Of a DNA stretch of 32,000 bases, positions 30,652 through 32,000 are shown piece after piece; the stretch's first letter is position 1; each line of letters starts with the position of its first letter. A program made the position numbers and the translations under genes. A model generated the notes under the pieces. It saw only the letters and a list, made by a program, of their open reading frames with translations, was not told the DNA's origin and ran no database searches. This stretch comes from an uncultured archaeon (lineage in GTDB: Archaea; Iainarchaeota; Iainarchaeia; Iainarchaeales; JAAZKV01), in assembly GCA_964551375.1 (NCBI GenBank), contig CAZKBG010000001.1, forward strand, positions 300,001-332,000, in the 5' to 3' direction.

Positions 30652-32000
30652 ATGAGCGTTATTGAAAAGGGTAAAAAGGATAAAGAAAAAGATGAAAAGA
30701 GCAAGCTTGAAAAAGAGCTTTTCAGCGATAAAAAAAGCGCATGGGAAATGCTTGGCGAAGAGAAGAAACTTGCATTCAGATTCTGCGATGATTATAAAGA
30801 ATTCATGGACACTTACAAAACTGAAAGAGAAATTTCAGGATGGGCAGAGAGACTTGCAAAGAAAAACGGATATGTAGAAATTAGCGATGCAACAAGCGGA
30901 ACAAAAAAAATATACGCGGTCAACCACAGCAAAAATATTGTTCTACTCGATATTGGAACCGGAAAACTTTCAGACGGATTAAGGATTATTGGAGCGCACA
31001 TTGATTCATTAAGGCTTGATTTGAAACCAAATCCAGTATACGAAGCCGACCCGTTTTTGATGATTAACCTTCACTACTACGGAGGAATAAAGAAATTCCA
31101 CTGGCTTAATGTTCCATTAGCGCTTCACGGAGTAGTATTTAACAAAAAAGGCGAAAAAATTAATGTTGAAATCGGAGAAAAAGAAGACGAGCCAGTTTTT
31201 GTAATCTCCGACCTATTGCCGCACCTTGAAGGAGCGGAAGGAAAAGAAAAAGCAGCAAAAGATATTATAAAAGGAGAAGACCTTGACGCAATCGGGGCAT
31301 CAATTCCAATTGATGACAAGAAAATCAAGGAAAAATTAAAAGCGACTTTCTTAAAAGCGTTAAATGACAAGTACAAAATCACAGAAGAAGATTTTGTTTC
31401 AGCAGAAGTTTCGCTGTACCCGCTTGTAAAAGCAAGGGATGTAGGAATTGACGCAGGAATTGTTGGAGCTCCGGCTCATGACGACAGAGTATGCTCATAC
31501 ACTGCGATAATGGCTGCGCTTGAATCCAAATCAACAAATCCAAAATTAGTTCTTCTTGTTGATAAAGAAGAAGTTGGAAGCGTAGGAAACACTTCAATGG
31601 ATTCATTCTTCCTTGAAAATCTGCTTGACAGAATCGCAAAACTAAGAAAAGAGAATATTGGGGCAAAAGAAATACTTGCAAAATCAAAAGCATTGTCAGG
31701 AGACGTAACAGCAGGGCTTGACCCAAAATTCGCGGACAAAATGGACCCGACAAACATGAACAAGCTCGGACATGGAATTGCAATTGAAAAATACGGCGGA
31801 AGCGGAGGAAAATACTACTCAAGCGACGCAAATGCGGAGTTTATGTCGTGGATGAGAAGAATGCTTGACGATAACAAACTCCCTTGGCAGCACGGAGAAA
31901 TAGGAAAAGTAGACCAGGGCGGAGGAGGAACAATCGCATACATCCTCGCAAAGTACAACATGGATATTGTTGACGCAGGCCCTCCAGTTCTTGCAATGCA
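30652..32000 (+). CDS. M18 family aminopeptidase (aminopeptidase 1 / aspartyl aminopeptidase-like), 3' truncated by the window end
   Basis: I translated this by hand from the ATG at 30652, which has GGTGG upstream. The frame stays open to position 32000. Motifs: IIGAHIDSLRLDLKPNP, NLHYYGGIKK, HDDRVCSY, VDKEEVGSVG. It is missing from the ORF track because no stop lies in the window. Confidence 0.85.
   Translation, partial: MSVIEKGKKDKEKDEKSKLEKELFSDKKSAWEMLGEEKKLAFRFCDDYKEFMDTYKTEREISGWAERLAKKNGYVEISDATSGTKKIYAVNHSKNIVLLDIGTGKLSDGLRIIGAHIDSLRLDLKPNPVYEADPFLMINLHYYGGIKKFHWLNVPLALHGVVFNKKGEKINVEIGEKEDEPVFVISDLLPHLEGAEGKEKAAKDIIKGEDLDAIGASIPIDDKKIKEKLKATFLKALNDKYKITEEDFVSAEVSLYPLVKARDVGIDAGIVGAPAHDDRVCSYTAIMAALESKSTNPKLVLLVDKEEVGSVGNTSMDSFFLENLLDRIAKLRKENIGAKEILAKSKALSGDVTAGLDPKFADKMDPTNMNKLGHGIAIEKYGGSGGKYYSSDANAEFMSWMRRMLDDNKLPWQHGEIGKVDQGGGGTIAYILAKYNMDIVDAGPPVLAM

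Noticed and set aside
30662-31831. ORFs at 30662-30877(+), 30813-31001(-), 31125-31382(-), 31379-31831(-) and 31476-31763(-).
   Set aside because: All overlap the long, motif-rich M18 aminopeptidase frame that starts at 30652 and stays open to the window end.

Overview
This is a gene-dense, AT-rich prokaryotic segment. It reads as archaeal, most plausibly a small-genome DPANN-like archaeon. That placement is an inference from four things: archaeal-type families (DUF357, short Lrp/AsnC, RecJ-like DHH), TTTATA/TTTAAA boxes about 25-40 nt upstream of starts, GGTGA-type ribosome-binding sites, and three tRNAs without encoded CCA. Housekeeping content includes cysS, a bacterial-type aspS, dapA with an adjacent Lrp/AsnC regulator, mscL, bcp, a Kef-type K+/H+ antiporter, an MFS transporter, a DHH phosphoesterase, a 3'-truncated M18 aminopeptidase, and tRNA-Leu(CAA), tRNA-Ser(GCU) and tRNA-Asn(GUU). 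The stand-out region is about 5.6-15.5 kb. A divergent pair of operons sits there. One arm encodes a catalytically degenerate RimK-like ATP-grasp translationally coupled to a canonical RimK-type ligase, followed by two tandem DUF1704/MATCAP-like HExxxH carboxypeptidases. The other arm encodes a RimK-associated retropepsin-like protease, a GNAT acetyltransferase, a multi-pass membrane protein and a LysW-like zinc-ribbon protein with a poly-acidic C-terminal tail. Just downstream lie an orphan PurD-like ATP-grasp and two SET-domain methyltransferases. A shared ATCGCTGA-containing motif occurs in the promoter regions of these units. I read this as a candidate, apparently undescribed, archaeal system that ligates and trims amino acids on a protein C-terminal tail. 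No CRISPR array, transposase or integrase was seen. All family assignments come from motif recognition by eye, not database searches.
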